From Thermoprotei archaeon (GTDB lineage: Archaea > Thermoproteota > Thermoprotei > Thermofilales > B15-G2), in NCBI GenBank assembly GCA_003650815.1, contig QMSB01000002.1, positions 1-55,542 on the forward strand: a stretch of 55,542 nucleotides of DNA. The letters are read 5' to 3'. The notes beneath the pieces were generated by a model. The model did no database searches and was not told the DNA's origin. It saw only the letters and a list, made by a program, of their open reading frames with translations. Both the position numbers and the translations under genes were made by a program. Of the stretch, positions 7,258-16,989 are shown one piece after another. Position 1 is the stretch's first letter. Every line of letters begins with the position of its first letter.

Positions 7258-7902
7258 ATGACACGTCTTCAAGTGGCTTTAGATCTTACTTCTCTCGAAG
7301 AGGCTATTCGAGTGGCCCGTCTTTCGGCTGAAGCAGGTGTTCACATTCTAGAGGCGGGGACTCCTTTAATTAAATCAGAGGGTATATGCACAGTAAAAAA
7401 GTTGAAAGAGCTATTTCCCGATAAGACTGTGTGTGCTGATATGAAGACTATGGATGCTGGTCGGCTTGAGGCAGAGCTAGCCGTAAGTGCTGGAGCCGAT
7501 ATTGTAACTGTGATGGCTCTCGCCGCTGACGAAACAATAGAAGAGGTTTGTAGTGCTGCTCATAGCGGTGGAGCGAAGGTAATGGTTGATCTAATGAATG
7601 TATCTGACATATTGAGAAGAGCAGAGCAGGTACGTGATCTTGGGGCAGACTATTTGTGTCTGCATGTCGGAGTAGATGTACAGAAGAAGAGGGGAATTAC
7701 TGCGGAGGACTTGGCTAAAGAAGTGAAATCCTTAGTGAAATCTGGGTTTAAAGTAGCTGTAGCAGGGGGTATCAACAAAGAAACTGCCAGAGTATATTCT
7801 GAGCTAAATGTAGAGATAATTATCGTTGGTAAAGCTATAGTAGCTTCTCCTGACCCAGCAAAAGCTACTAGAGAAATTCTCCAGGCAATGTACTGCCGTT
7901 AA
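7258..7902 (+). CDS. hps: 3-hexulose-6-phosphate synthase-like (OMP decarboxylase/KGPDC superfamily)
   Basis: The N-terminal LQVALDL, then EAGTPLIK and ADMKTMDAG, are characteristic of HPS/KGPDC enzymes. Confidence 0.7.
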   Translation: MTRLQVALDLTSLEEAIRVARLSAEAGVHILEAGTPLIKSEGICTVKKLKELFPDKTVCADMKTMDAGRLEAELAVSAGADIVTVMALAADETIEEVCSAAHSGGAKVMVDLMNVSDILRRAEQVRDLGADYLCLHVGVDVQKKRGITAEDLAKEVKSLVKSGFKVAVAGGINKETARVYSELNVEIIIVGKAIVASPDPAKATREILQAMYCR

Positions 7903-7949
7903 GGACAGTCTGCTATTAGCTGTTTTCTAAGACCTCTCAGAGAGTAGAG

Positions 7950-7958
7950 TATATAAAA
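7950..7958 (+). promoter_or_regulatory. TATA box candidate upstream of tmcA
   Basis: tatataaaa lies ~36-47 nt upstream of the candidate start codons. Confidence 0.4.
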
Positions 7959-7993
7959 GCCGGCATGTATTGTAGTGAAGACACTTACTCTGT

Positions 7994-10345
7994 TTGCGGG
8001 ACATGATTATGAAGATGAGTGATTTGAGTAAGATTATAACTAGTGTTGTTCAAGGAAAGAAGCTAAATCATAGGAGAATGGTAGTTATAACAGGTGATAG
8101 TGACGTCAAAATCATATCAGCGTGTGCTAACTTGGTTAAGAGCTATAGTGAGTTTGTGAGAAAGAATCCTCGTATTCTTTATACCTATCAGATATTCTAC
8201 GAGGATGGAATATATAGGAGAAATCTGTTTAAGAAAGAGCTCGGGTCGCTTTTCGAAGTAGATTACGTTCCCTATCATGAGAGCCAGCAGGTACTTGGAG
8301 CTACTTATGACATAGCTGTACTAGATCTTATAAACGATTTGAGGCCAAATGACCTAGGAAGGCTTACCGGGATTATAGCTGGAGGCGGTCTGCTCATCTT
8401 ACTGACTCCTCGCTTTGAGGAGTGGGATAAGATAATTACGAGGTTTCAGGAGAATCTGCTCACGCCACAGTATGGAGTAGATAAACTACGCCACATTTTT
8501 GTTAAACGGTTTATACAGAAGCTCTTTGTTCACAAGGGAATAACTATCTATGACGCTGACCGCGAGAAGTTTCTAAAGGAGCCTGAGATACTCGAAAAAC
8601 TCCCTGAGCAGGAAAAACGAGAGCTCCTACTTCCTGAAAAAGCTCTTTTCCCCCTTAAGGTATACTCTCTCGCGCTGACTCAAGACCAAGTAGAAGTACT
8701 GCATCTCTTGGAACTCCTCTACGAGAGACCTAAAGGCAAGCTCGCGATAGTAATCACTGCTGACCGAGGTAGAGGGAAGTCCTGTGCTCTTGGAATAGGA
8801 TTGGCTGCGCTGGCACACAAGCTAAGGAGACGTAAGGGTAGGGCTAGGATTCTAGTTACGGCTCCCAGCGAGATGAACGTGCAGTCTCTCTTTGAGTTAG
8901 CTCAGAAGACTCTAGAGGTCCTTAAGCACTCTGTTGAAGTAGAGAAGAAAGGAGACCTTAAGGTTGCTCTTAAAGCTAAAGGTATAGACATAGAATACTA
9001 CAAGCCTCTAGACTGTATAGGCAGGTCAGCTGATATAATTGCAGTAGACGAGGCTGCCGGGCTTCAGGTACCAATGTTGTACAAGATCCACAGAACCTTC
9101 AGCAGGGCTGTATTTTCGTCAACTATTCACGGATACGAGGGTGCTGGAAGAGGCTTTTCTGTGAGATTTCTAGGAGCTCTTAGAGAGGATCCTGAGACTA
9201 CTATTTACGAGTATGAAATGCATGAGCCTATAAGGTATGCTGAGAATGATCCCATCGAGATATGGTCTTTCGACACACTGATGTTAGACGCGGAGCCTGC
9301 TAGCCTAGACAAAGATGACCTTGAAGATATTGCTGAAGGACGGATTGAGTACTATAAGCCCGACATATACAAGTTCTTCTTAGAGCAAGAAAATGAAGCT
9401 AAGCAGTTCATAGGTATTTACATAATGGCTCATTACAGGAATAACTGCGATGACCTAGGCATGATAATGGATGCTCCTCACCACACTATCAGAGCACTCC
9501 GTACTACAAGAGGAAAAATTTTAACAGCGGTAGAGCTGGCAGAGGAAGGTAGTATACCTGATACACTGATACCCGAGCTCATTAAGGGTGGATGGATCGC
9601 AGGCAATATAATTCCTGATAGACTCCTTAAGCACTATAAGTTGATCGAATTTGCTAAGCTGACTGGCTGGAGAATAGTGAGAATAGCTACTCACCCCCAA
9701 GTGATGAGGAAAGGCCTTGGCTCTAGGGCTCTGAGCGAAATATGTAGAGAGGCTGTTGAACGAGGATACGATTGGGTGGGCGCTGGCTTTGGAGTCAACG
9801 AGCCTCTCTTGAGGTTCTGGATCAGAAATCACTTTATACCTGTGCACATAAGCCCTGACAGAAATCCTGTTAGCGGAGAATACACAGTAATAGTGGTCAG
9901 ACCTCTTACAGAGACCGCTGAAGAACAGATAAGTATAGCGAACAGAGAATTTAGGCTCAAGCTAATTAACTCTTTGTGCGAACCTTATCATGATTTAGAG
10001 CCAAAGATAGCTTTAATGCTTATTAAAAGCACTAAAGCACCTGTATTCGAGGACTACAGTCCCGCTTTATCAGATATACAGAAGCATAGAATCAAGACTT
10101 ATGCTGAAGGCTACATGACCCTCGAGAACTGTATGGACTGTGCTTTCGAGATGGCTAAAACTTACTTCTATAATGTTCCCAAGAATATTCCAGAGTTAGC
10201 GGAAGATGAAGAGCTTCTGCTTATTACGAGGATTCTGCAGGCTAAGAGCTGGCGGCTAACTTGCGAAGAACTAGGCTTAGCTCCACCATTTGTTATGACT
10301 AAGATCAGAGAGATCATTGGAAAGTTAGTCGAGTACTACCTTTAG
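7994..10345 (+). CDS. tmcA: tRNA/rRNA cytidine N4-acetyltransferase TmcA (Nat10/Kre33 homolog)
   Basis: Helicase-like P-loop ADRGRGKS, Walker B AVDEAA and STIHGYEGAGRGFSVRF, plus a GNAT region (RIATHPQVMRKGLGSRAL). The start is uncertain (TTG 7994 or ATG 8005/8011). Confidence 0.85.
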   Translation: MRDMIMKMSDLSKIITSVVQGKKLNHRRMVVITGDSDVKIISACANLVKSYSEFVRKNPRILYTYQIFYEDGIYRRNLFKKELGSLFEVDYVPYHESQQVLGATYDIAVLDLINDLRPNDLGRLTGIIAGGGLLILLTPRFEEWDKIITRFQENLLTPQYGVDKLRHIFVKRFIQKLFVHKGITIYDADREKFLKEPEILEKLPEQEKRELLLPEKALFPLKVYSLALTQDQVEVLHLLELLYERPKGKLAIVITADRGRGKSCALGIGLAALAHKLRRRKGRARILVTAPSEMNVQSLFELAQKTLEVLKHSVEVEKKGDLKVALKAKGIDIEYYKPLDCIGRSADIIAVDEAAGLQVPMLYKIHRTFSRAVFSSTIHGYEGAGRGFSVRFLGALREDPETTIYEYEMHEPIRYAENDPIEIWSFDTLMLDAEPASLDKDDLEDIAEGRIEYYKPDIYKFFLEQENEAKQFIGIYIMAHYRNNCDDLGMIMDAPHHTIRALRTTRGKILTAVELAEEGSIPDTLIPELIKGGWIAGNIIPDRLLKHYKLIEFAKLTGWRIVRIATHPQVMRKGLGSRALSEICREAVERGYDWVGAGFGVNEPLLRFWIRNHFIPVHISPDRNPVSGEYTVIVVRPLTETAEEQISIANREFRLKLINSLCEPYHDLEPKIALMLIKSTKAPVFEDYSPALSDIQKHRIKTYAEGYMTLENCMDCAFEMAKTYFYNVPKNIPELAEDEELLLITRILQAKSWRLTCEELGLAPPFVMTKIREIIGKLVEYYL

Positions 10346-10540
10346 TCGTTTTTCCTTAACTGTTCTAGGTGGACCATCCGTTTTTGTCTGAAAAATAACT
10401 ATCTTTGCTATTCTCAAAGAATCTTCCGCTATAGTGTCTTCAATATTTCTGACGATTAGTATTCGCTGTTTCTCGGCTGTCACAAGCTATAATACTTATT
10501 TGAGCACAAAACTCTGTGCCGAGAGAACTCTGAAACTATT

Positions 10541-10849
10541 TCACCAAGACCTATACTTCTTTTTAGCTCTTATATCTCTAATAATTTTACATAGCTGTTT
10601 TAGGAGCGCGTTTTTCTTTAAGCTGTTTTTCTTAACCTTTACTCTACCTCGGCTGCTCCACCAGGCTCTAGGATACTTTTTGTCTTCTTCAATATCATAC
10701 TCGAGTCCGAGAATTTGAAGCGCCTCGGCTATTTCCTTTGGTGACGGATTCTTTACTGCTAGTGATAAAGGAACTCTTCTACCCTCACTTCTAGATTTTG
10801 TAGAATCAAGATACTCGGCCCAAATTATGATATAATCTTTCTGCCTCAA
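10541..10849 (-). CDS. srp19: signal recognition particle protein SRP19
   Basis: IIIWAEYLDSTKSRSEGRRVPLSLAVKNPSPKEIAEAL matches the SRP19 core motif (WP.Y.D...sr.eGRrv). Confidence 0.85.
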   Translation of the reverse strand: MRQKDYIIIWAEYLDSTKSRSEGRRVPLSLAVKNPSPKEIAEALQILGLEYDIEEDKKYPRAWWSSRGRVKVKKNSLKKNALLKQLCKIIRDIRAKKKYRSW

Positions 10850-10863
10850 GATAGATACCTAGG

Positions 10864-11256
10864 TTAAGTTTCTTCCAGTAGAATCGCGTTAAGAACTCCG
10901 TCTTGACCCGGTCTTGAGGTAACGAGAGCCTCACCTAACTCTGTGCTTATGATACAGCCCTTTGTTATGATCTGCCTTCTAGCATACTGTCTGTTAGCGG
11001 GGTTTTTCACTACCTTCAATATTCTCGCCTTCTGGCATACACCTTTAGATGGAATAAAGACATTCGCGTAGGCTACTTTCTTTAATCGAAGCTTGAAATT
11101 GCCTCCTCTAACTCTAATTTTCTTGACTATGTTTTCTTCTCCTAGAGTCGTCAGAGTAGGTGGTCTCCCCATATGGCATTTTCGCTTTACTTTACGGTGA
11201 GGTCTCTTCATGCCTCCAGTAGGCTTTCTGAGATCATTTCCCTGATAGATGCCCAT
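10864..11256 (-). CDS. rps8e: 30S ribosomal protein S8e
   Basis: The product begins [15 protein letters not shown], contains [12 protein letters not shown] and has the C-terminal [11 protein letters not shown]. Confidence 0.9.
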   Translation of the reverse strand: MGIYQGNDLRKPTGGMKRPHRKVKRKCHMGRPPTLTTLGEENIVKKIRVRGGNFKLRLKKVAYANVFIPSKGVCQKARILKVVKNPANRQYARRQIITKGCIISTELGEALVTSRPGQDGVLNAILLEET

Positions 11257-11399
11257 GAGTCACACCCCGACTGGCGTACTTTCATACAGTATCTCTTTTA
11301 AATATTTTATGCGTAATACTGAGTGCAATCAGTTAATGTCTAGACAGAAAGGAATATTAGAGGCTATTGGAAAATCTTATATATCAAAGAGGGGGTCCG

Positions 11400-11654
11400 A
11401 TGAGGAGACTGGGAAAAGTTCTGAAAATCTCTTTGAATAAATATCTTCTTGTAAGGGCTGATTTTGCTCCGAGGGAAGGGGCCTATGTCTATGATAAGCG
11501 GATGAGGAAAATAGGCTCCGTGTACGATATTATCGGTCCTGTCTCGAGACCATATGTAGTTGTGGTGCCGCAGATGTCTGACTTTAAGTCACTTCTTTTT
11601 TCAGATGTGTATGTCAAACCACATGATTTTTTGAGAAGGAGAAGGCGTAGGTGA
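11400..11654 (+). CDS. gar1: H/ACA ribonucleoprotein subunit Gar1
   Basis: MRRLGKVLKISLNKYLLVRA...KIGSVYDIIGPVSRPYVVV matches the archaeal Gar1 core. Confidence 0.8.
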   Translation: MRRLGKVLKISLNKYLLVRADFAPREGAYVYDKRMRKIGSVYDIIGPVSRPYVVVVPQMSDFKSLLFSDVYVKPHDFLRRRRRR

Positions 11655-11658
11655 AATA

Positions 11659-12600
11659 ATGGTTAGTGAAGAAGTCTGTCTGGATAGGAGAGAGGGAGAA
11701 ATCATTTGTCCGTACTGTGGGAGCAGAAAAATCGTGAGAGACTATGAGAGAGCTGAGATCACGTGTGCTGTCTGCGGAATGGTTATTGCTGATCATTTGA
11801 TTGATCAGGGGCCTGAGTGGAGAGCGTTTAATGAGGAACAGAGAGCTAGACGCGCTAGAACTGGGTCTCCTATAAGCATTCTTAAACCTGATAAGGGGCT
11901 CACTACGGATATCGATTGGAGGAATAAAGATAGTAGTGGCAGATCTCTTAACTTAAATAGGCGTATTCAGGCTTTGAGGTTTAGGCTCTGGCAACAGAGG
12001 ATTAGGGCTAAAGATTCTCTTGAAAGAAATCTTCAACAGGCTCTTAATGAGATAAAGAGACTTGGCTCTAACATGAATATTCCCCCTAGCGTTCAGGAAA
12101 CAGCAGCTATGATCTACAGGAGAGCTCTTGAGAAAGGATACATCAGAGGAAGATCTATAGACAGTATGGCCGCCGCGTGCCTCTACATCGCTGTCAGGAT
12201 ACATGGATTACCCCGTAGTCTCGACGAAATAGCGTCTGAGTCTAGAGCTAATAAAAAGGAGATAGGTAGGAGCTACCGTTTGTTGGTTAAAACAGATATA
12301 GTTAAGGTTCCCCCCATAACTATTGAGAATTATATACCTACGCTTATTAGAAGACTGCACTTACCGTCAGAGATAGGGAGAAAAGCTACTGAAATACTTA
12401 AGGTCGCAACGATGGCAGGACTTACCAGCGGGAAGGGACCTAAGGGGCTCGCTGCCGCAGCGGTGTACTTGGCTAGCGTCATGTTGAACTGCAAGAAAAC
12501 ACAGAGAGAAATAGCGCAAGCAGCAGGAGTTACCGAAGTCACTATTAGAAATAGGTTTAAAGAGCTTATGGAGAAGCTAGAGTTTGTGCTGAAAGTATAG
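11659..12600 (+). CDS. tfb: transcription initiation factor B (TFB/TFIIB)
   Basis: N-terminal Zn ribbon CPYCGS...CAVCG, the B-reader/linker QGPEWRAF, and two cyclin-fold repeats. Confidence 0.95.
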   Translation: MVSEEVCLDRREGEIICPYCGSRKIVRDYERAEITCAVCGMVIADHLIDQGPEWRAFNEEQRARRARTGSPISILKPDKGLTTDIDWRNKDSSGRSLNLNRRIQALRFRLWQQRIRAKDSLERNLQQALNEIKRLGSNMNIPPSVQETAAMIYRRALEKGYIRGRSIDSMAAACLYIAVRIHGLPRSLDEIASESRANKKEIGRSYRLLVKTDIVKVPPITIENYIPTLIRRLHLPSEIGRKATEILKVATMAGLTSGKGPKGLAAAAVYLASVMLNCKKTQREIAQAAGVTEVTIRNRFKELMEKLEFVLKV

Positions 12601-12603
12601 ACT

Positions 12604-12984
12604 ATGAGATCAAAGCTAGACCCTCTAGAGAGAGAAATACTTGAGCATCTGCTTAAGAAGGGAGACAAAGGTATAACGCAAGAGGAGCTACTCCCTCTGC
12701 TCAATGTTGATAAGAGAAGTTGTTCTAGAGCACTACTAAGGCTCGAGAAAAAGGGATTTATTGAAAGACGTAGGGCAGTAGTTAAAGGCAAGAAAACTTA
12801 TGTTATTAAGCCAGTACTACTTGAGAAAAAACTCCTTGAATTATATAATGCTGTTAGACAGATCCCGTGTTTCCGCTGTCCTTACCTCTTCTCCTGCGCC
12901 GAAGGTGGAGATCCCTCGCCGGAGAAATGTAGAATTCTACTATCTTTCTTAAAGGGTGTTAGAAGTGAGCTTGCAAAAAATTAG
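12604..12984 (+). CDS. winged-helix protein with a C-terminal 4-Cys motif (possible TFE-beta/RPC34-like factor)
   Basis: The wHTH region is ITQEELLPLLNVDKRSCSRALLRLEKKGFIERR. The C-terminal CFRCPYLFSCAEGGDPSPEKC provides four Cys, compatible with an FeS or Zn site. Confidence 0.55.
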   Translation: MRSKLDPLEREILEHLLKKGDKGITQEELLPLLNVDKRSCSRALLRLEKKGFIERRRAVVKGKKTYVIKPVLLEKKLLELYNAVRQIPCFRCPYLFSCAEGGDPSPEKCRILLSFLKGVRSELAKN

Positions 12985-13537
12985 ATGTTTTATAGCTGTT
13001 GACATAGATGACCCTGTCATAGTAGATAGGATAGTGAGTATTCAGTATAGGCTCTCTGGAACAGGAGTTCGTATGAAGCTCGTTGAGAAAAATAACCTCC
13101 ATATAACGCTGAGATTTCTGGGAGAGATATCGAGACCCCTCCTCGAAAAGGTCATAGATATAATTAAAACGGTATCTTTTAATAGTTTTCAAATAAAGCT
13201 TCAAAACATAGGGTGCTTTCCAACACCATCGAGGCCGAGAGTTATATGGATTGGAGTCACTGAAGGAGAAGAGAAGCTAAGAGAAATTCACAATGAATTA
13301 GAAAGTAAGCTTAGGAAACTAGGATTTCCTAAGGAAAAAGAGAGATTTGTAGCCCACTTAACTATAGCTAGAGTAAAAAGCTTTAGTCAAGTGAGTAGAC
13401 TTATCCAAGTACTAAATGAGTTGCGGGATATCGAAATCGGAGAGTTCACAGTGAACTGTATAAGGGTCAAGAAAAGCACTCTGACACCTAAGGGCCCCAT
13501 ATATTCAACACTATACGAACAAAAAGCTACTAAATAA
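12956..13537 (+). CDS. thpR: RNA 2',3'-cyclic phosphodiesterase / 2'-5' RNA ligase (ThpR/LigT, 2H family)
   Basis: Two HxT motifs are present (HITLRFLGE and HLTIARV). The start is ambiguous (GTG 12956, GTG 12965 or TTG 12971). Confidence 0.85.
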   Translation: MLEVSLQKIRCFIAVDIDDPVIVDRIVSIQYRLSGTGVRMKLVEKNNLHITLRFLGEISRPLLEKVIDIIKTVSFNSFQIKLQNIGCFPTPSRPRVIWIGVTEGEEKLREIHNELESKLRKLGFPKEKERFVAHLTIARVKSFSQVSRLIQVLNELRDIEIGEFTVNCIRVKKSTLTPKGPIYSTLYEQKATK

Positions 13538-13765
13538 AAACATATGAGATAAAAAACTACGATAAAGTAACTATGAGTAATACCAAAAACTCATATATTT
13601 TTTAACCAATTCGACTAAATCTGAAAATTCTTTATCCTATTTTCCCCAATGACGCAGTTATTAGAGACTAATTCAAATTTTTAACTTAAGTACTAATAAG
13701 ATTGCTATTTTATCAGCTTGAATAACAGGGATAGTCTTCTCATTAACCATAAGAGTTATCATTAT

Positions 13766-13773
13766 CTTTTTAA
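13766..13773 (+). promoter_or_regulatory. TATA box candidate for a leaderless cca transcript
   Basis: ctttttaa is centred ~23 nt upstream of ATG 13793. Confidence 0.4.
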
Positions 13774-13792
13774 CTCATATACTCGACACTAT

Positions 13793-15238
13793 ATGAGCAA
13801 AGAGATAATGAACGAGATCATCGCGTCTGTACTGCACAGGATAAAGCCTTCTCAAGAAGATTATGACGAAATAAATAGTATATGTGAAAAATTCATATCT
13901 TCTTTAACTAAAAAGGCTGCTGAAAGAAATATTAAAGGGATAGAAGTAAGAACAGTAGGTTCCATAGCAAAAGACACGTGGCTTAAGGATGACCGAGACA
14001 TAGACATATTTGTACTTTTCCCTAAGTCCTGCAGCATAGATACTGTAAGGAGACTTGGCTTTGAGTTAGCTAAAGAGACAGCACTAGAGATTGCTGGTAG
14101 TTTCTCATCTGAATATGCCGAACATCCTTATGTTTCAGTTAGCTACAGAGGATTTAAGGTAGAAATAGTTCCCTGCTATAAAATAGCGCCTGGAGAAAAG
14201 CCGATAACTGCTGTAGATAGAACCCCCTTGCACACAGAATACATCAATAAGAAGTTATCAAGTAGCCAAAAAGATCAAGTTAGAATACTCAAGAAGTTTC
14301 TTAAGGGAATAGGAGTCTACGGCGCAGAAATCAGGATCAAAGGCTTTTCAGGCTACTTGACTGAACTATTGATTGCTAACTACGGAACTTTTCTAAATGT
14401 TCTCAAGGCAGTTATCTCGTGGAAACCCTACAAAACTATAATCGACGTAGAAGGAAAGCTAAGCGAAGAGCAAAAGAAGAAATATTTGAAAAAATTCTCT
14501 TCACCCCTCATCGTCGTAGACCCCGTAGACCCTGAGAGAAACGCTGCTTCTGCCGTCTCGATAGACGCGCTGGCCGAGCTCAGATATGCTGCCCAAATGT
14601 TCCTGCTTAAACCATCACTAGACTTCTTTTTCCCGAAGGAATCCGAAGTGAGCCTAGAGGAGATCAGAAAAATAGTGAAAGAAAGAGGAACAGATCTTAT
14701 CGCATTAGAAACACTTTATCCAAAACTCCCTGAAGACATCTTCTGGGGGGAAGCCTACAAGTCTCTTAAGAGACTATGTAATCTTCTCAGATGCTTCGAC
14801 TTTAATGTAATAAACTCTGGCGTATGGACAGATGAGAAAAACCGCTTAATCTTTATACTAGAGCTTGAGGCAAGCGTTCTCCCTCCTGTTAAAAAACATA
14901 AAGGCCCCCCTGTAGGCTCGATGAATGAGCAAGATTTTCTGTTCAAGCATTTGAACAATCCAAGAGACCTATCACGCCCGTTCTCTGAAAATGGAGTATG
15001 GTATGTATTTTTCCGTAGAAAATATACTTCTGCAGAAACCTTACTGAAGGAAAGAGCACTCTCTTGTGGTTTAAGTAAACACATAAGAGGAGCTATGTCT
15101 AAGAAAATGAGGATACTGAGTACATCAGACATACTAGATATAGCTGACCATAGTGTCGTCTTCAGACAGTTTTTATATAAGTGGCTTACTAAGCATAGAC
15201 CATGGATTTATGTTAGTCAAAGTCTCGAAAGAAAATAA
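13793..15238 (+). CDS. cca: CCA-adding enzyme (archaeal class I tRNA nucleotidyltransferase)
   Basis: VGSIAKDTWLKDDRDIDIFVLFP is the nucleotidyltransferase GS...D.D motif. The track start at 13718 lies in AT-rich promoter-like DNA, so ATG 13793 is preferred. Confidence 0.9.
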   Translation: MSKEIMNEIIASVLHRIKPSQEDYDEINSICEKFISSLTKKAAERNIKGIEVRTVGSIAKDTWLKDDRDIDIFVLFPKSCSIDTVRRLGFELAKETALEIAGSFSSEYAEHPYVSVSYRGFKVEIVPCYKIAPGEKPITAVDRTPLHTEYINKKLSSSQKDQVRILKKFLKGIGVYGAEIRIKGFSGYLTELLIANYGTFLNVLKAVISWKPYKTIIDVEGKLSEEQKKKYLKKFSSPLIVVDPVDPERNAASAVSIDALAELRYAAQMFLLKPSLDFFFPKESEVSLEEIRKIVKERGTDLIALETLYPKLPEDIFWGEAYKSLKRLCNLLRCFDFNVINSGVWTDEKNRLIFILELEASVLPPVKKHKGPPVGSMNEQDFLFKHLNNPRDLSRPFSENGVWYVFFRRKYTSAETLLKERALSCGLSKHIRGAMSKKMRILSTSDILDIADHSVVFRQFLYKWLTKHRPWIYVSQSLERK

Positions 15239-15965
15239 ACTCCTCTTAGAGGACATATTATGCTATCCTAAATACTTAAGTTCACCTGAAGTATTTGAAA
15301 AAAGAGTAAAAGAACTACTAAGCTTAAAGATAGAGTATATTTTTTTGAGCGGAAAAACTCAGGTAGGCAGGCTCAGAGTTCTAGGCAAAGGTTGCACGTC
15401 AATTGTAGTCTTAGCCCTCTACAAGAAAAAACTATGTACCTTGAAAATAAGGCGTCTCGACGCTAATAGACCAAGTATGCTAAACGAAGCACGCAATTTA
15501 AGGATAGTAAACGCGCTTAATATAGGGCCCCGTCTACTTAAAGAGTCACATGATTTTCTGCTCTTAAAATACATTAACGGTCTTGAGATATTCGAATGGT
15601 CTGCTCACTGTACATCAGCTAAAGTATTTAGAAAAGTTCTCAGCTCACTCCTGAAACAATGCTATCTCCTAGACATACATAGCATATACCACGCAGAACT
15701 CTCTAACCTAAAGGACCACGTAATAATCGACGCTGAAGCTTCAAGACCAATAATAATCGACTTTGAGACAGTTAGTCTCAATTCTAGAAGAAAGGTTTTG
15801 CCAGCTGTAATTCAGAACTTCATTTATCGAAGATGCCTACTAAGAGAAAAATTCATCGATTTAATAGGAGAAGTAGACACTCAACTACTCATGCAAAAAC
15901 TCAGAAAATACAAAAAGTTTCCTAGAGAAACCTTTAAAGAAATTTACAAAATTATCCTAAATTAA
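15210..15965 (+). CDS. predicted protein kinase-like protein (COG2112-type Ser/Thr kinase fold)
   Basis: Contains LGKGCTSIVV..KLCTLKIRR (glycine loop plus Lys), HAELSNLKDHVII and IIDFE. ATG 15210 overlaps the end of cca. Confidence 0.55.
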   Translation: MLVKVSKENKLLLEDILCYPKYLSSPEVFEKRVKELLSLKIEYIFLSGKTQVGRLRVLGKGCTSIVVLALYKKKLCTLKIRRLDANRPSMLNEARNLRIVNALNIGPRLLKESHDFLLLKYINGLEIFEWSAHCTSAKVFRKVLSSLLKQCYLLDIHSIYHAELSNLKDHVIIDAEASRPIIIDFETVSLNSRRKVLPAVIQNFIYRRCLLREKFIDLIGEVDTQLLMQKLRKYKKFPRETFKEIYKIILN

Positions 15966-16074
15966 CTTCTGCCAATTTTACAGAAATCGAGAGAGCTGAA
16001 CATTTAGCTGGTATAAGTAGACCGCTCAGAAAGGAATATATTTTTTCTAAGAGATTGTTGCAGGGGACCGCTCA

Positions 16075-16503
16075 ATGGTCAGAGTTAATGGATATTATGT
16101 TCCAGACGACTACTATGTATGGAAAAAAGGACATACCTGGGCTAAAATCGAGGAAAACGGTCTAGTGAGAGTAGGTATAACAGATGTAGGGGCTAAGGCT
16201 GCGGGAAAGATAATACTTATAAAGATTAAACCAAAAGGCTCTAAGGTAGTTCAAGGAAAGCCTCTGGCTATGGCTGAGAGCGCCAAGTGGGTAGGTAAAG
16301 TAGAGTCTCCAGTCTCGGGCACAATAGAGGAAGTGAACGAAAATGTAGTTAGAAACCCCTCATTATTGTCAACTGACCCTTACGGTGACGGCTGGATTGC
16401 CTTAATAAGGCCATCTAACTTATCTGAGGATTTAAAGAAGCTTGTTAAAGGCTCTGATATAGCTGGGTGGTATAAGGAAGAAATCAAGAGACTATTAGGG
16501 TGA
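16075..16503 (+). CDS. gcvH: glycine cleavage system H protein-like lipoyl carrier
   Basis: Contains HTWAKIEENGLVRVGITD, a lipoyl-lysine context AMAESAKWVGKVESPVSG, and DPYGDGWI. Confidence 0.8.
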   Translation: MVRVNGYYVPDDYYVWKKGHTWAKIEENGLVRVGITDVGAKAAGKIILIKIKPKGSKVVQGKPLAMAESAKWVGKVESPVSGTIEEVNENVVRNPSLLSTDPYGDGWIALIRPSNLSEDLKKLVKGSDIAGWYKEEIKRLLG

Positions 16504-16508
16504 ATTCT

Positions 16509-16637
16509 GTGAGAGAGCGTTACGTGTGCTTAGACTGCAAGAAACGAAAAAGAGGAGGATACTTCAGTTTAAGAGAGGCGGCAGATGAAGTAAAATGCCC
16601 ATATTGTGGAAGTACAAGAGTAAAGAAACTTAGCTGA
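16509..16637 (+). CDS. 42-aa zinc-ribbon protein, possible RNA polymerase subunit P (Rpo12/RpoP)
   Basis: A GTG-start ORF not present in the track: VRERYVCLDCKKRKRGGYFSLREAADEVKCPYCGSTRVKKLS, with CxxC...CPYCG. It sits next to rpl37ae, where rpoP lies in many archaea. Its C-terminal tail is shorter than in typical RpoP. Confidence 0.45.
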   Translation: MRERYVCLDCKKRKRGGYFSLREAADEVKCPYCGSTRVKKLS

Positions 16638-16686
16638 AAGTTTAAATAATAGTTAATAGTCTTAAGGGAGAAACGAGGTGGCTACA

Positions 16687-16989
16687 ATGGGGCGCACTAA
16701 AATAGTAGGACCAGCTGGAAGATTCGGCGCTAGATATGGTGCGACACTTAGAAAAAGAGTAGCACTCATAGAGAGAAAGATGAAAAGTAAGCATAGATGC
16801 CCCTTCTGCTACTCACTCGTAAAAATGAAAAGACTGAGTATAGGAGTATGGCAGTGCCCTAAGTGTGAAAAAATATTCGCGGGCGGAGCCTGGGTCCCTA
16901 AAACAGTTGTAGGAAAAACTCTTGCACCAGAGGAAGAAAAACTAGCTAAAGGTAGGATTGTCCCTGGAACAAGACCTAAAGAAGAATAA
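16687..16989 (+). CDS. rpl37ae: 50S ribosomal protein L37Ae (eL43)
   Basis: MGRTKIVGPAGRFGARYG with Zn ribbon CPFC...CPKC. A GAGGTG SD lies 8 nt upstream. Confidence 0.9.
   Translation: MGRTKIVGPAGRFGARYGATLRKRVALIERKMKSKHRCPFCYSLVKMKRLSIGVWQCPKCEKIFAGGAWVPKTVVGKTLAPEEEKLAKGRIVPGTRPKEE

Noticed and set aside
10434-10718. 94-aa + strand ORF overlapping srp19.
   Set aside because: It lies antisense to srp19 and gives a hydrophobic low-complexity translation. The intergenic part (10346-10540) shows no GC-rich structured-RNA signature, although an SRP RNA was specifically looked for next to srp19.
12330-12791. 153-aa Ser/Leu-rich minus-strand ORF across the tfb / wHTH junction. Similar antisense ORFs occur elsewhere, for example 9521..9847, 14755..15132, 26529..27002, 34466..34885, 35668..36108, 37410..37787 and 48133..48474.
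   Set aside because: All lie antisense to confidently identified genes. They have low-complexity composition and no motifs, so they are treated as shadow ORFs.
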